Source: Trichosphaerium sp. ATCC 40318
Taxonomy: Eukaryota; Protista; Tubulinea
Length of the DNA stretch: 64,000 nt
Direction: 5' to 3'
NCBI GenBank assembly: GCA_038496445.1
Contig: JALMLS010000577.1
Span: forward strand, 124,001-188,000
The translations under genes were made by a program, and so were the position numbers. Of this stretch, positions 37,191 through 50,033 are shown one piece after another. The number at the start of each line of letters is the position of its first letter. Position 1 is the stretch's first letter. The notes beneath the pieces are model-generated. The model was given only the letters and a program-made list of their open reading frames with translations, was not told the origin of the DNA and searched no databases.

Positions 37191-37937
37191 TCACTTGCCA
37201 AAAGCCCCCATGCGCTCAGCAAAGCGCGCTTGGGAGGCCTTTTTCTCCTGTTGTCTTTTGCGCTCCTCGCGTTCCTCCTTGCGCAAAGCTGCTGCTTTCT
37301 TACAAACAATGTCAGTGCCAAGTTGGATTGGAATCAGAAGGCGTACTTTGACTGCTTCTCGCTGCTCCTCTTCAGTGGTACCTTGGGCGTCTCGTATTTT
37401 TTCTTCAAATTTACTGGGCGCAACTATTATTGCACGTGCTATAGTAACAATACGTACCGTGCTTGACTCGCCATAGCAGAGTTTTCAACGTGTTTTAGTA
37501 GTACGATTGGTTTCTTGCCTTCTGGAGGATAGCACGCCTAGGTGGCAATTAAAGTCTTGTCCTTAAAAAAATTGTTTCTGCTTACCATCATAAAATCGTT
37601 AAAATTTATGGTTTGTGTGCCGCTTGTATCTATTTCCTCTGTGACAAGTGTCAATAATGACTGTAAACTGATACATTAGTTTTAACACTTACTGATCCAC
37701 TTGATGGTCTGCACGTGCGTCATTGTCTTGCCAAGGGCTTCTAACAGCCTCTTGATTTCGAAGAGATCCAAAGTATCTACGATTACGTTAAACTTGCTTG
37801 AGGTAGTAGTATTTACCATCTGAATTAGCATCGAATCTTGTAAACTCCTCTTGGCATTTCAAAATGTGTTGCTTTGCCATGTACGGATACACTTTGCGCA
37901 CTTCATCTACTGTACTTCGTACTGTTAGGTGAGACAT
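37191..37937 (-). CDS. EF-hand protein, EFHD/swiprosin/AIF1-like
   Basis: FTRFDANSDG.LDLFEIKRLLEALGK..THVQ, EIDTSGTQTINFNDF, SKFEEKI, and a C-terminal coiled coil ending ARFAERMGAFGK. Confidence 0.8.
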
Positions 37938-38115
37938 TGTTCGAGGTAATAAAGCGGTTGAAGGTTTGCTACTAGGTTAAGTAGAGTGTACACGTGTTTT
38001 TAAAGTTGGGCAAATCTACAAGCCGTAATACCGTTTATAGCTTTGTAGTCAAAGGAAACCTGCTTACAGTCTACCAGACCTTAATCAACCCAAATTATTT
38101 AGCGGTTATCCATCA

Positions 38116-41100
38116 ATGGAAGTGGAAGAGCCCGCACCAGCGGGACTGGATACGTTAGAAACGAAAATTGTGGCAGTTTCGAATTTAACAGATTCAATAT
38201 GTACAATAATGAGTGCGTATTAATACTTTGTGTTATTTCTAAACGTTTCAGATGGTTTTGAAGGCGATGAGCATGTTAAATTAAAGAAGGAAACAAAAGA
38301 TAGATTAAAGCAACTCACGAGCGATCTACGTGAATTATCAGACCGCGTTGGTGTAGATGAAACCCAATTAAACAGTCTGGCCGAGTTTGTTTCAACTCTC
38401 GCTAGACAAGGTAAAATCACGCCTAAAACTATCTCTCACACCACCTAGACTGTGCACTGGCCTCTAGCGTGTTACGTTGTATGACACCTCGTGGTTCTGT
38501 TGATGCTGAAGCCGTATTACAATTAATGGGCGGATTCTTAGGTACAAAACAACATACAATTTAACGCGCGTTATTTTGAAAAAAAAAAGCGTGGTTGCAC
38601 GTTTTTGTACTCCTTCAATCTGTAATGCTCAAAATATCAGCGTGCCCAGGTAAACTTCAACGACAAATATTGAAATGGATTGTTCTAATTCAAGATCTTA
38701 TCAAAGACAGGCACGTGACATGCTTTTCGTGTCAAATTTATTTTGGCGTTCTAAGGCTCACAACGCACCCTTAGTAAAACACCAAACAGCGTTATGGATA
38801 GTCTGTATGGTGTATTTTTCCATTACATTGGTCACAATTCGTTGAGGTAATAAAATGAAATGAATTAATGGTTAGACATACATTAACCCTTATTTCAACG
38901 CTATAGGCAGTGGTTATGTCACATCCTTTATAGACTTACACGTGAGAAGCATGTGAAACCTTGGAGAGTGAGGCGTCTTTATGTTTCAGCAGAGAGAGGT
39001 GGCGGCTCAGAGCCTTGGGTTGGTCGATTGTTATGGTTGTATAAACAATTCAGAAAGGACATTGTCATATATTCTGACGCACAACGATCTACTCAAAACC
39101 CTCATTTCAAGGTAAACATAGCTTATCACTATGTATATTGCTAATCATTGCACTTTTTCAGTGCCCTGATATCACGTGGTACAGTAAAATTATGAACATT
39201 CAAGCCAATTTGATGGATGCGCCATCTCGGGGTGACACAGCAGGGTTCTTGGCTCAACAACAAACAACATTGCGGTGGCGTGATAAAATAAACGAAACTA
39301 CCAGCCGCAAGCGTACAAGATCCTCAACCGGTCGTAGGGGTAAATCATTAGTTGTAGCACCAACCTACAGGCACGATAATAAATACAAAGGATAATTAGC
39401 ATTGTGATGTATTCTCGTTAATTATTGACATTTAGGCGTCACAACAAACGTGTTCCATTGGCACGTATAAATACAATCCAAGATTTTGTACAGCACATGC
39501 ATTGCATCGAACTTCCGTCAGCACTCCAAAACCACAGTAACAATAGATTCTTTCAACATTACATTATGCTCACTAAGGATTGTACGCACTACTATCAAAC
39601 TAGCTGCCTCTATCTAAACACAGTTTTTTGTAGCAAGCGCAATCAGTCGTATCTCTAACTGGGCAAACTTTGCATTGACACATACATTCTTTTGGGCTGG
39701 TACACAAAAGGATCAACCGATGAGATGGAAGTATTTACCATTGTTGGTGAACAAGATCAGAAACTTTCAGGATGGATGTGATGCTAGCCTACCGAGGATA
39801 CTCAATTTCCTCTGTAGCTTTTTCAAGACATGGGATGGTAGGGATATGATTGACGCAATCCTGCCCCTCATTGAGTTATTACGCCCTATGCCTTTCCACC
39901 AACTCTACGCCAAAATATTACATCCAATTGGACGTGTAGTTCTGTCTGCAGAGCCTACTACTAAAGCCAAAATTCTGAGAACATACACCCACCTTTTGAA
40001 GCATTGGTTAAGCAGGGACTGGCTCCAACCATCTAACACCGGGTACTTTATTTAGTTTGTGAGTATGTACAATGATTTAATTATTCTTCTTTATAGTCTT
40101 CTGGATCGTGTAGACCAATCCCTTGATTACCATCGAGCTTTGTATGACTTTATTCAATACTATGATAAACTAGCGCTTGCATGCTTACAGCTTGAATCTG
40201 ATAATGTAATTGTGCACGATGCTGTACTATCCTTTTACGAAGTGGTAAGTACCCAATTTCTTTTCATTTTTTTGCATGTTATTTCTCGAATATTGACTTG
40301 ACGGTTTTGGTAGGTCTCATCTTTGCATTGCGGTTACGATATTCCTTTTGTAACACCTCCATCTACTGGCATCGTTTACAGGTACGAGACTTTGAATTAT
40401 GTAGGGTAGTCGCTAACACTTAAAAAAAGGTCATTATTGCAAGCCAGTGCGATGCCTGTGTCGCGCATTTGTGGTATCTTAGCCGCGTATAAGAGCGAGT
40501 TTGGAAAACTTAGTCAATCCATGCAAAATGTGGGTACTTGTACGTATCTCTGAGCGCAATATTTCTGTTTCAAGGCTGACTAGTTTATCCATTTCAAGTG
40601 TGTCCTTTATCGTTCCACAACGGAAGTGAAAAGATTGAGGTTCTTAATGGGTTCATTTGGGAATTTTGTTCAGCGTTGTGGCGTAACCGTTTATTTGTGC
40701 AAGATGCAAATCAATCGTTTGAACAAAACTTTATTCTTCCAAGGTAATTAATTGCCTTTTAGATATCTCAAATCAGCAACACATACTTACCACTTTTTAT
40801 TTAATTAGAGAAGTGATGGAGAAGCTTCACTATCCTTCAATCCAATACGCCCTTTCATTGCCACGTGCCACTTCGTTGATTTCGCTTGCTGGGCAGTTTT
40901 ACGAACAACAGCACCCAGACACACCTTCAGACTTTTATTTGCATAAGGTAACTAGAACTCAAGAAGGAAGCGTAAACCAACATGTTGATTAACACCTGAT
41001 TTTAGGAAATGAAGAACAAGAATGAATACATTGAGTATCTAAAGGACAGAGGCTGTATTGGTTTATACGACTTTTTGCACACGTTCATAGGGTCTCTCGT

Positions 41101-41131
41101 GCGCAGACGCGATCAGCCACAAAACGATTAA
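38116..41131 (+). CDS. CENPI: Centromere protein I (Mis6/Ctf3)
   Basis: LYGVFFHY...LCHILYRLTREKHVKPWRVRRL, IQDFVQHMHCIELPS, TWDG, SRICGILAAYK and LYDFL are Mis6-family motifs. Confidence 0.85.
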
Positions 41132-41355
41132 GCCTGGATGTATTTAATACACAACTATTTGTAAAGAAAACAAAACATCATCCATCAGTAAATCTGTTTC
41201 TTGTGTTAAATCTGTATTCTGAAGGACTGAAGACGTATTGTCGTAAGTCCTCTGAGAGCAGCCGAATAAACAAGAGCGTCACGAGAAATTTTCTCGTGTT
41301 TACTCAACTTTACTTGACTGACTACGACTCTTTCTCCGTTTGACACTTAGAAGGC

Positions 41356-43857
41356 ATGCCGTACTATGCTTGCATACTAAAACAGTCGTCAGTGCCAGTT
41401 GATTCATCAACTGACGTGTACGAGAAAAGAGAAGCATGCAAGCTAGACTGTTTACAATTTACAGCCAGAGAAGTGCGCGAAAACGCATGTAAATGGTTCG
41501 TGGCGAACATTAAACCACTTTTGAGCGATCGTAACACAAAAGAATGGAATTCAACTAAACAAGCTAAAGTACCAAAATTAGTCTTACACGCGTTATCGTT
41601 GATACTGGAGATGATGGGTACGCTTTATAATAGTTATTGTGTAAAAAAGCTCAAATAATGTATTAGTATCTTCTGGCATGGCTGGCGAATGTATTTATGA
41701 TGTTCTCGTTATTAAAACAATGTTAATGGCAGTTATGGAGTTGATGGGTTCCTTACAGGAAAAGGCAGCCGCTACATGCGCGTACTACAACAGATTCGCA
41801 TGGGAGATCCATAGTTATTACGCCAGACTTAAAAAACCGCTTGCTTCTTCTGTCTACACAAAAGGCGTTGACGACCTCGCATCCTCAGTTCTACCCAAAC
41901 GAAACACAACGCAGAAACAAAATGAAAACATGATGACAATGGATGATCCAGTAGTACGTTTTTGAGAACAATATATATTGTTCTTTACTCAAGCAATGAA
42001 GGGCTGGGCAATATGGGGCGAGGTGTTTCTCAAGCTAGCTCGAAACTTTCTTATGCCACAGACAAAGTCCCAAGTCAGGCTTTACCTCGACACTGTCGAC
42101 AAGGCAGTTAACAAATTTAATAGAGGCCTTACTGTGCGTTATATCAAAGACAACGGCGTTTAAAAAGTAATGGCCTGCTAGGTATTGAAGCACATTGAGA
42201 AGTCGCAGCCCACAGCCACTGTACGCTCAAATTTCAAGCTAAAAATATGCAAGTTAGAACATTCCCTGACAACCACTGCTATAGGCAGCCATGCGACACA
42301 CCAAACAGAAACTGCAGTGTGGCCTTGGTTACGCTCTTTTTTTGCGAGCACGTGCAACTCGCGGCGATGAACAAAGAAGGTATTGGTTGCCCTTTTCTAC
42401 TCCAATCAAGAAGTTGTTATCAGTGTCTAATTTTTATGGTTTTAGCCTCCTAGTGGCAGCAAAGAAAGCATTGAATGATGCTGAACGCATTAGACCTTCA
42501 TCAAACAGTACTTACAACTTGGCATGCGTTACAGCACTTCTTGGTCAACACTATGAAACAAAGCGTGCGTTAACTTCAACAGCTCCTTATTTAAACAAAG
42601 CTGGTTTGGGTAATTGTGATTGTAGAGTGGTTAGAAATTTGCGTTAAGGATTCTACTCTACCTCCACGTGAGCTACTTCGTGTGGACCGTGATCTTAAGA
42701 GTATTCGTAATGTAAGTTGGTTCAAAGCAATCCTAACAGCACCACAGCCTTCCCTCGGTACGTAAAATGTACTGTGAAGCGCAACATCTTTTTTCTAATT
42801 ACTTAATTCAGAAGAATCACACTATCTCGGAGGCACAGTATTGAATGGTCCCCTCCAGGAACCACAAGTACGTCTATTTCTTTGATAGTGATTATTGCAT
42901 CTTTATACATTCATTGCACTCACATTGCAAACCAGGAGGAGGAAGAGGTTGCTGTACCAACACTAACAGCCAGTTTGGCACATCACCTTACACATGATCA
43001 CGAACTAAACAAATTACAAGCATCCCTGTTGCGAGAAGGTATGTCATCCTCCCCGCATTTATAAAAATGTTAAACTACCCATCGCCAAATTGGAACTCAA
43101 TGGCTTGTTATGCAGGTTTCTCTGTGGCAACAGTGATGGACATGATTCGAGAAGTGTATCAAGGCAAAAAGTTGCAAGAGCGCGATCAACAGCGGATACG
43201 TGCAAACAAAATAAGGCTTCAGAAGAGGTTAACAGCCGCCGGGTATAAGATCAAACGAGAGGTTCCAGCGTGCGTACTAAGCAATCACATTTTTTGCAAA
43301 GTTACTAATTCATGAGGGCAGAGACGGTAACTGCCAGATGTACAGCATAAGCGATCAGGTACAAAAAAAAACCCGTACGATTTACAGGGACTGACGTGTC
43401 TTTCTAGCTGTTTGATACCCCTTCACATCATGTATACGTAAGAAACACTATAGTTTCGTGGCTACGGAATAATCCAACATGGACACTGGTAATTACTTTC
43501 TAAGATGAGGTTCCTTTAATTAACAAGACTCTTTGTTCTAGCCTAATGGTGCAAAAATGACAGATTTTGTTCACAACCAAACATGGGGTGCGTATTGCGA
43601 TGAAATGTCACGCCATGCTATATGGGGAGATCACTTGACTTTGATTGCAGCATCACAGGTATGTCTATCAAATATTTTCTATGGTTGTATGCTCAATGCT
43701 CAAGGTGTTTGGATGTGTTATCAAAGTTGTTTCAAGCGTTGAAGGGGATAACTTTATTACAGAAGTACGACCTTCGATCATCAAAAGCGAAAAACAAATC
43801 TTACTGGCTCACTACGCCGAGTTTCACTATGACTCGGTTTGTAAAATCACTCAATAA
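41356..43857 (+). CDS. TPR-like helical protein with C-terminal OTU deubiquitinase domain
   Basis: YNLACVTALLG and D.DLKSIR..WF (TPR-end like); OTU motifs DGNCQMYSISDQL, WGDHLTL and EFHYDSV. Confidence 0.85.
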
Positions 43858-44391
43858 ATCTTAACATTGATTTATTTGGTTCGACATTTTATCTAGACGC
43901 GGTTTACACAGAATCTCATGGACCTGTGCACCAGATTATTTTCGCACTTCTCAGAAACTTTTGGTACTTGCAAAAGAAGCCAGGACGAATCACGTGGGTG
44001 ATCGATGAAAAGAACGTCTACTCCATTTTTCGAGGCTGCGTTACTTCAACGTCATCTATTCTTTTTTCTTGCTCTTTTGTTCTTCATCCATTTATTTATG
44101 TATGTATTGCCATCAAACCCATAGTGATAGTATGTATTCTCAATCACAAATATTCATTCACTCACCGAATTATCATTCAGTAGTTAATCAACTTTGTTCA
44201 AGTGGATAAACCGCAACTGAAGCCTTTGTTACCGCATCACATCAGTCAGGAATAATGCTAGCAATATTTTAATGGCAAAAACCAGGTGTTCAACAAAAGA
44301 TTTGTGTCGAGTTTATAAAATCAATCACGGGACAAATGGCATTATTATCGACCCCAACCACATACACATCAACACCTAAATACTACAAATA

Positions 44392-44933
44392 ATGGCAGAC
44401 AATACTAACGACAAGAGGCAACAAAAAGGGTTACCCCAAAGAATTGTACTCACTATCGTCGATGTGATACGTAGAGGAAACTCAACCGCACCAGAACAAA
44501 CATCAATCAACAATGAAGTCATATGGCCAAAACAAATGAATGGAATCTCGTGCAGGATTTAGCTTTTCACAGAAGAATAACGCTGGCATTTGCGCTCCTT
44601 GGTTTCTACACGTCAGACTACGAGTGCATACAGTCTGTCAAAGAAATAGTTAACAAGATGATTAATTCGCTCTGCCTGCCTCCACAAGAGTTTTTCCCAT
44701 ACAAAGACATCCCAGAATCACTTTGTGGAAAAATACGTACTGCGTATTTAAAAGCTCGAGCTCTGTATTTTGTTGATGCAAAACAATGTAAGAAAATGCT
44801 CGCATACACTGCCACAAAGACTAGGGTATCTGCATTCCCGCCACGACGCTTTTTTCCGGAGTGTTCTCGCCTAGCATACACCAACTACGTCGTGTCCTTG
44901 GTATTAGCAAGTGACAAACCTGTACACAGTTAA
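44392..44933 (+). pseudogene. Intronless member of a small unknown family; 1-nt frameshift near 44532
   Basis: INNEVIWPK/NEWNLVQDLAFH...FPPRRFFPECSRLAYTNYV aligns with the ORF at 55592-56095. The frameshift could be an assembly error. Confidence 0.65.
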
Positions 44934-45206
44934 TAAAAAAAACTACAATGGTCATTAAATGCCAAGAAATTGCCAAAAAGTTAATCTTGGTTGATACTCT
45001 TTTCAACGATTTTGCTTTTCAGCCTTTGTAAACTTGATACACGCTATCCTTCAGTGAAAAGGAAGTACTAGTTAACGCCAAGCACTTGTTAAGCAATTAA
45101 AAAAGTATGAAACGTGGCTACAAAAAAAACTGACAGTCTAATAACAAAAAATTTCTGAGGTTTTATTGAATATCAAACCACGTTAACGAATACTTAACAG
45201 TATTTT

Positions 45207-46923
45207 CTAAACTGAAGCGACTGCAGCTTGTGCGGCCTTGTCGAGGTCTGGTTGAGAGACAATAGGCAAGCCTGAGTCAGCCAAAATTTTGGTACCTTCC
45301 TCAACATTTGTACCTAAAACAAAACATGGTTATTCAAAATAACTAATTATGTAGGGGAGATGTACAAAAGGTAACACCACTGTACATACCTTGCAAACGA
45401 ACGACAAGAGGCAAATTAAGGCCAACTTCTTTGACTGCGTTGACAATACCTTGAGCAATAACATCACATCTCATGATACCTCCGAAGATATTGACCAAGA
45501 TGGCTTTAACCTTTTGTACAAAAAATAAGCTCAAAGGGTTTCCTCTGTATCACTAGCGTACTTGAGGGTCAGAAGACACAATCTTGAATGCCTCTGTGAT
45601 CTGCTTTTCGGAAGCTGAACCACCAACATCTTTGACGAGAGTTAGCAAAATACACTTGAAATTATTTTTTGTTGAATATGCTCCACGAACCCAAAAAGTT
45701 AGCTGGTTCTCCATTGTATAGCTTGATAATGTCCATGGTGGCCATGGCTAAACCAGCGCCGTTGACCATACAGCCGATGTTACCAGTCATGCCAATGTAG
45801 TTCAAGTCATGGCTTTCAGCTTCGACCTCACGTGGGTCTTCTTCAGCAGTATCACGCATTTCGTAAATGTTCTTATGACGGAACATGGCGTTATCGTCAA
45901 ATCCAATCTTGGCATCAGCACAGTACACTACAAATAAACGAGTGAGTACAATAAAAATAGAAACAAAAAAACCCCAAAAAGTAAAAAAACACAAAGGGCT
46001 TACCTTGTCCATCTTTGGTCTCAGCAAGAGGGTTGATTTCTACTTGTGTAGCATCAAGATCAATAAATAGTTTGTAGAGGGACTCCATTTGTGTTACGGC
46101 TTGGGAACGGAGGGACTCGTCTGTAAATCCTAGGTTCTCAGCCAAACGTGTCAATTGCTCTGACTTTGGGCCGTTGTTGATGTCAATGTACTCTTTAAAG
46201 ATAGATTCTGGATTCTTTTCTGCTACTTCTTCAATGTCCATACCACCTTGGCTAGAACCCACCATAACTGGTCCATTTGAATCTCTGTCCATTAGAATGG
46301 CGTAGTAGACTTCGCGATGAAGATCTACGGATTCAGCAAGCATCACTTTATTAACGAGTACGCCCTCCTGAAAGAGAATAAGCTTATACGCGTAGCGGTG
46401 CTAATACGAATCGAGACGTACAGCTGCTGTTTGCTTAGTGACGAGTTTGTTACCTAACATGCTTCTGGTGATCTCTGTTGCCTTAGCAGCGCTAATAGGC
46501 TCGTTAGACGCTGTATTCAGCCTCGGACGTACTCGTAGTCAATGACATGCACACCACCCTTGTAGCCAGTGTCAAAAGTACCTTTACCACGCCCACCAGC
46601 AAGGATTTGAGCCTTGATGACGAGTTCACCCTCTATTGTGAGTTAGAAAATTAATGTAGAATAAGCAGTACGCACTGAGATTCTTTACTGCTTCTGGTAC
46701 TTGGTCGGCATTGTCTACAACTCTAAACTTTTGCACACGGGCTCCAAAGTTTTCCAAAAGTTCTTTGGCAGTATACTCTTGGATGTTAAGGTCTCGTTTT
46801 TGAACAACGCGACGCTTGAAAAGAGTGAGATTGTGGCAAGGGCGTAAATCAATTGTAAACCTTAATAGCCTTGGTAGGTGCGTGTACTGATCGGCTGGCG
46901 CGAGAAAAGGTCCTCAAAAGCAT
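45207..46923 (-). CDS. SUCLG2: Succinyl-CoA ligase beta subunit (GDP-forming-like), mitochondrial
   Basis: [70 protein letters not shown]. Nucleotide specificity is inferred. Confidence 0.93.
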
Positions 46924-47007
46924 TTTAAAATGAACAAGAGCAGAAACAGACAACTTAAAACGAACCACTTTAAGTTTACTCGAGAAACTCATAAAATACT
47001 TACGACA
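46924..47007. promoter_or_regulatory. Compact bidirectional promoter between SUCLG2 and SDHB
   Basis: Only 84 bp between the divergent ATGs. Confidence 0.6.
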
Positions 47008-48638
47008 ATGTTTCTTAGAGCCTCACGCGCTTTGAGGACGGGATTGCAACGCAAAAACACAACTGTTAATGTAACGCGAGCAAACGCCGCAAAGTACAGT
47101 ACAGGTACCACGAGATTAGGCACACACATATGTAGTGTACTCACCGAGCTTTATAGAAACTGCAGAAGCGAAACCACAGAAAAGTACGTAATTGGTACGA
47201 AGGTCTTGTTAATAGTGTCTAGATGTAACTTTCGCCATTTATCGTTTCGATGGCGAGAAAAAAGCCACACCATGGATGGATTCTTTTAAACTTGACACCA
47301 ACGATTGCGGGCCTATGGTGCTTGACGCTTTGATCAAAATTAAAGCAGAGATGGACCCAACTTTGACATTCAGAATGTCTTGCCGTGAGGGTATCTGCGG
47401 TAGTTGCGCCATGAACATGAAAGGTAAGGAAAAGCTAATAACGCTAAATGATTTATTACACTTTTTTTTTTGTTTTTTGGGTTATGTACTCGAAACACAG
47501 CTCTTACAAGTCCTTCCTAAGGTAAAAATGGACTCGCTTGTTTGACGTCCATAGAAGAAGCCACAGACACAGGCGGCAAAGTAAAAATCTACCCACTCCC
47601 TCACATGGTAACCCTACCCGCAATTACCCACAAGAATCCGCTCACCTTTCATTCTAGCCTGTTGTCAGGGATTTGGTACCAGATCTAACTAATTTTTACG
47701 AACAACACGCTTCCATCAAACCATGGCTTGAAAACTCATCTACAGACCTCACTAAAGAAATTTTCCAGTCACAAGAAGACCGTAAAAAGTTGGATGGATT
47801 GTACGAGTGCATTCTTTGCTGTTGTTGTTCAGCATCTTGTCCTTCCTACTGGTGGGCTGGTACGTTTTAATTATTTGCCGAGTTAATCAAAATTTGCTTT
47901 TTATTGTAATCACAACGACTTTTTTTTTTTCTTGTAGTTCAACTCCTCTAAACGTTTAAATGTAGGTCAAGATAGTTACCTTGGTCCTGCTGTTCTTCTA
48001 CAGGTGCGTTAACTATTTATTACATCAAAAACGAAAAAAAGCCATTGGTTTTCTGTTAGTGCAGTTTAACAACCACTACGCTCAACAAGATCATGCCCTC
48101 TAGAATTAGTGTATGCTGCTTGCATACCTCAATGTAGCAGAGCAGTAGTTTTCGGAGCTGTAGGGTTGTCACTAGCGTTTCATTTTTGAGGCTTCGAGCA
48201 TTTTATTAATACCTTTAAACTGAAATTCCAGTCGTTAAATTTACATTTTACGTATTGGTAAATTCTTGGACGGCGTTTTGACGATTTTACGAAAACTTAC
48301 GAAACAGTGCACTCATTTTTCTTCTTTTTTTGATTGTTTGGTCTCATTACATCAGGCTAACAAGAATATAGGCATACAGGTGGATCTCAGACTCTCGTGA
48401 TGAGATCAAAGACGAGCGCCTAGCTAACTTGGGATCAGAGGTTGGTAAAGTATTTAAATGTCACACTATTCTCAACTGCACTGAGTACGTTTTTTCTTAT
48501 TGAGGTTGTCACTAATGTGCGTGTAGTGTGTGCCCTAAAGGATTAAATCCTGCACGTGCTGTTCAACAAATCAAGGCTAATGTCATTTTACCAAACGGAA
48601 AAAGGATTATGGGCCAAGAGATTGAGTCTCGAGACTGA
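47008..48638 (+). CDS. SDHB: Succinate dehydrogenase iron-sulfur subunit
   Basis: [60 protein letters not shown]. Confidence 0.97.
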
Positions 48639-48892
48639 CTGGATTAAAATGTAAACAATGCCACATATTTTTTGGTATTCAATTGTCACCTCTAGAATAA
48701 ATCACTGTTTTTGCACTTTGGTGATTGACACGTTACTAGTATGCAATCTTGGCATAGTGCAGCAGTTACGTTGAAGACATTCAGTCGCGCCCATCCAGTC
48801 AAACAAAGTAGCTCTTTTTTGTGAGATATTTTCGCTAGCTCTACTAAGTCACATTTTTTTACTACGCGAACATACCAACGTCATATAAATAC

Positions 48893-49832
48893 ATGATGCG
48901 CGTTTTAGTGTTGTTTTTGAGCGTAATCGCTTTGGTGACGTGTTACATGGATGAAGACACAGTATTCAGTACGAAGCGGCACTATATAGCAACTGACGCG
49001 CGTAGATCATGATTATGTAACATGTGGCTCAACAATAAAGCTAAAAAACATGAAATACGAGTATCGGCTCCACAGTCACCAGGTATCATACGGTGGTGCG
49101 TCAGATACATTATAATCGTATTTCACTTTATTTACAACGACACAGGTTCTGGATCAGGTCAACAATCTGTCACTGGTGCGTAGTACTATTTTTTTAGCGT
49201 AGTTATTAATTTTAGCACAGGCTTTAACGCTGGAGACGATACCAACTCCTACTGGGTTACCCGTGGTAACGATGGCAACTACTGTTACCAAGGGTGCGTT
49301 TAAACCAATTCTTACAAAATATCCTGACAACGTGATAGAACTCCAATCAAGAACAATCAAATCATCCGTCTCGAGCACGTCAATACGAGAAGATTGTTGC
49401 ACTCGTACGTATAAGAATTCTTGTTACTTAGTGATAGTTAAAAAAAGCGGCTAAATATCGAGGCCTAGACACCGTCATAAATCTCCATTGACAAAACAAC
49501 AAGAGGTTTCTTGCTTTGGAAATGATGGACAGGGTGATGAAAGTACGCTTTTTTAATTTTGAGTTTTGATTTGAGACCAATTTTCGTTTAACCATTTTTT
49601 GCTAGGTGATAATTGGAAGGTAACCACTGTTAGTGGTTCCGAATATTGGGAGGTTGACGGCGAAGTACGATTTCAACATGTTGTCACTGGTGCTTATTTG
49701 CAAATGAACAATGCACAATACGGTAGACCAATACCAGGACAACGTGAAATCGTTGCTGGTAAGAAAAAGGCAGAAAACAACAAATGGAAATGTGGTGAAG
49801 GTTTTTACTTCCCAAAACGTGATTACAATTAA
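48893..49832 (+). CDS. SDF2: Stromal cell-derived factor 2-like MIR-domain protein
   Basis: Signal peptide, VTCGSTIKL, RLHSHQVSYG, GSGQQSVT, SPLTKQQEVSCFG, YGRPIPGQREI, WKCGEGFYF. Confidence 0.93.
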
Positions 49833-50033
49833 ACAAAAAAAAAAACCAACCTAATGGGCACAAGATGACTAACTATAAAAATGTAAACACGTAACACCAA
49901 TAAGAAAATTAGTTAACCTAACTTGTAAGCACACCCTTTTTTTGATTCAACTTACAAGTGAACTGAACATTTATTACTTTTATGTTAATTTTATTTACAA
50001 TTTATAAAACAAGCCAACCACGACCACTGCCTC

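Noticed and set aside
48305-48310. CAGUGC as an iron-responsive element in SDHB
   Set aside because: It is intronic, and the flanks do not form the 5-bp stem with a C bulge.
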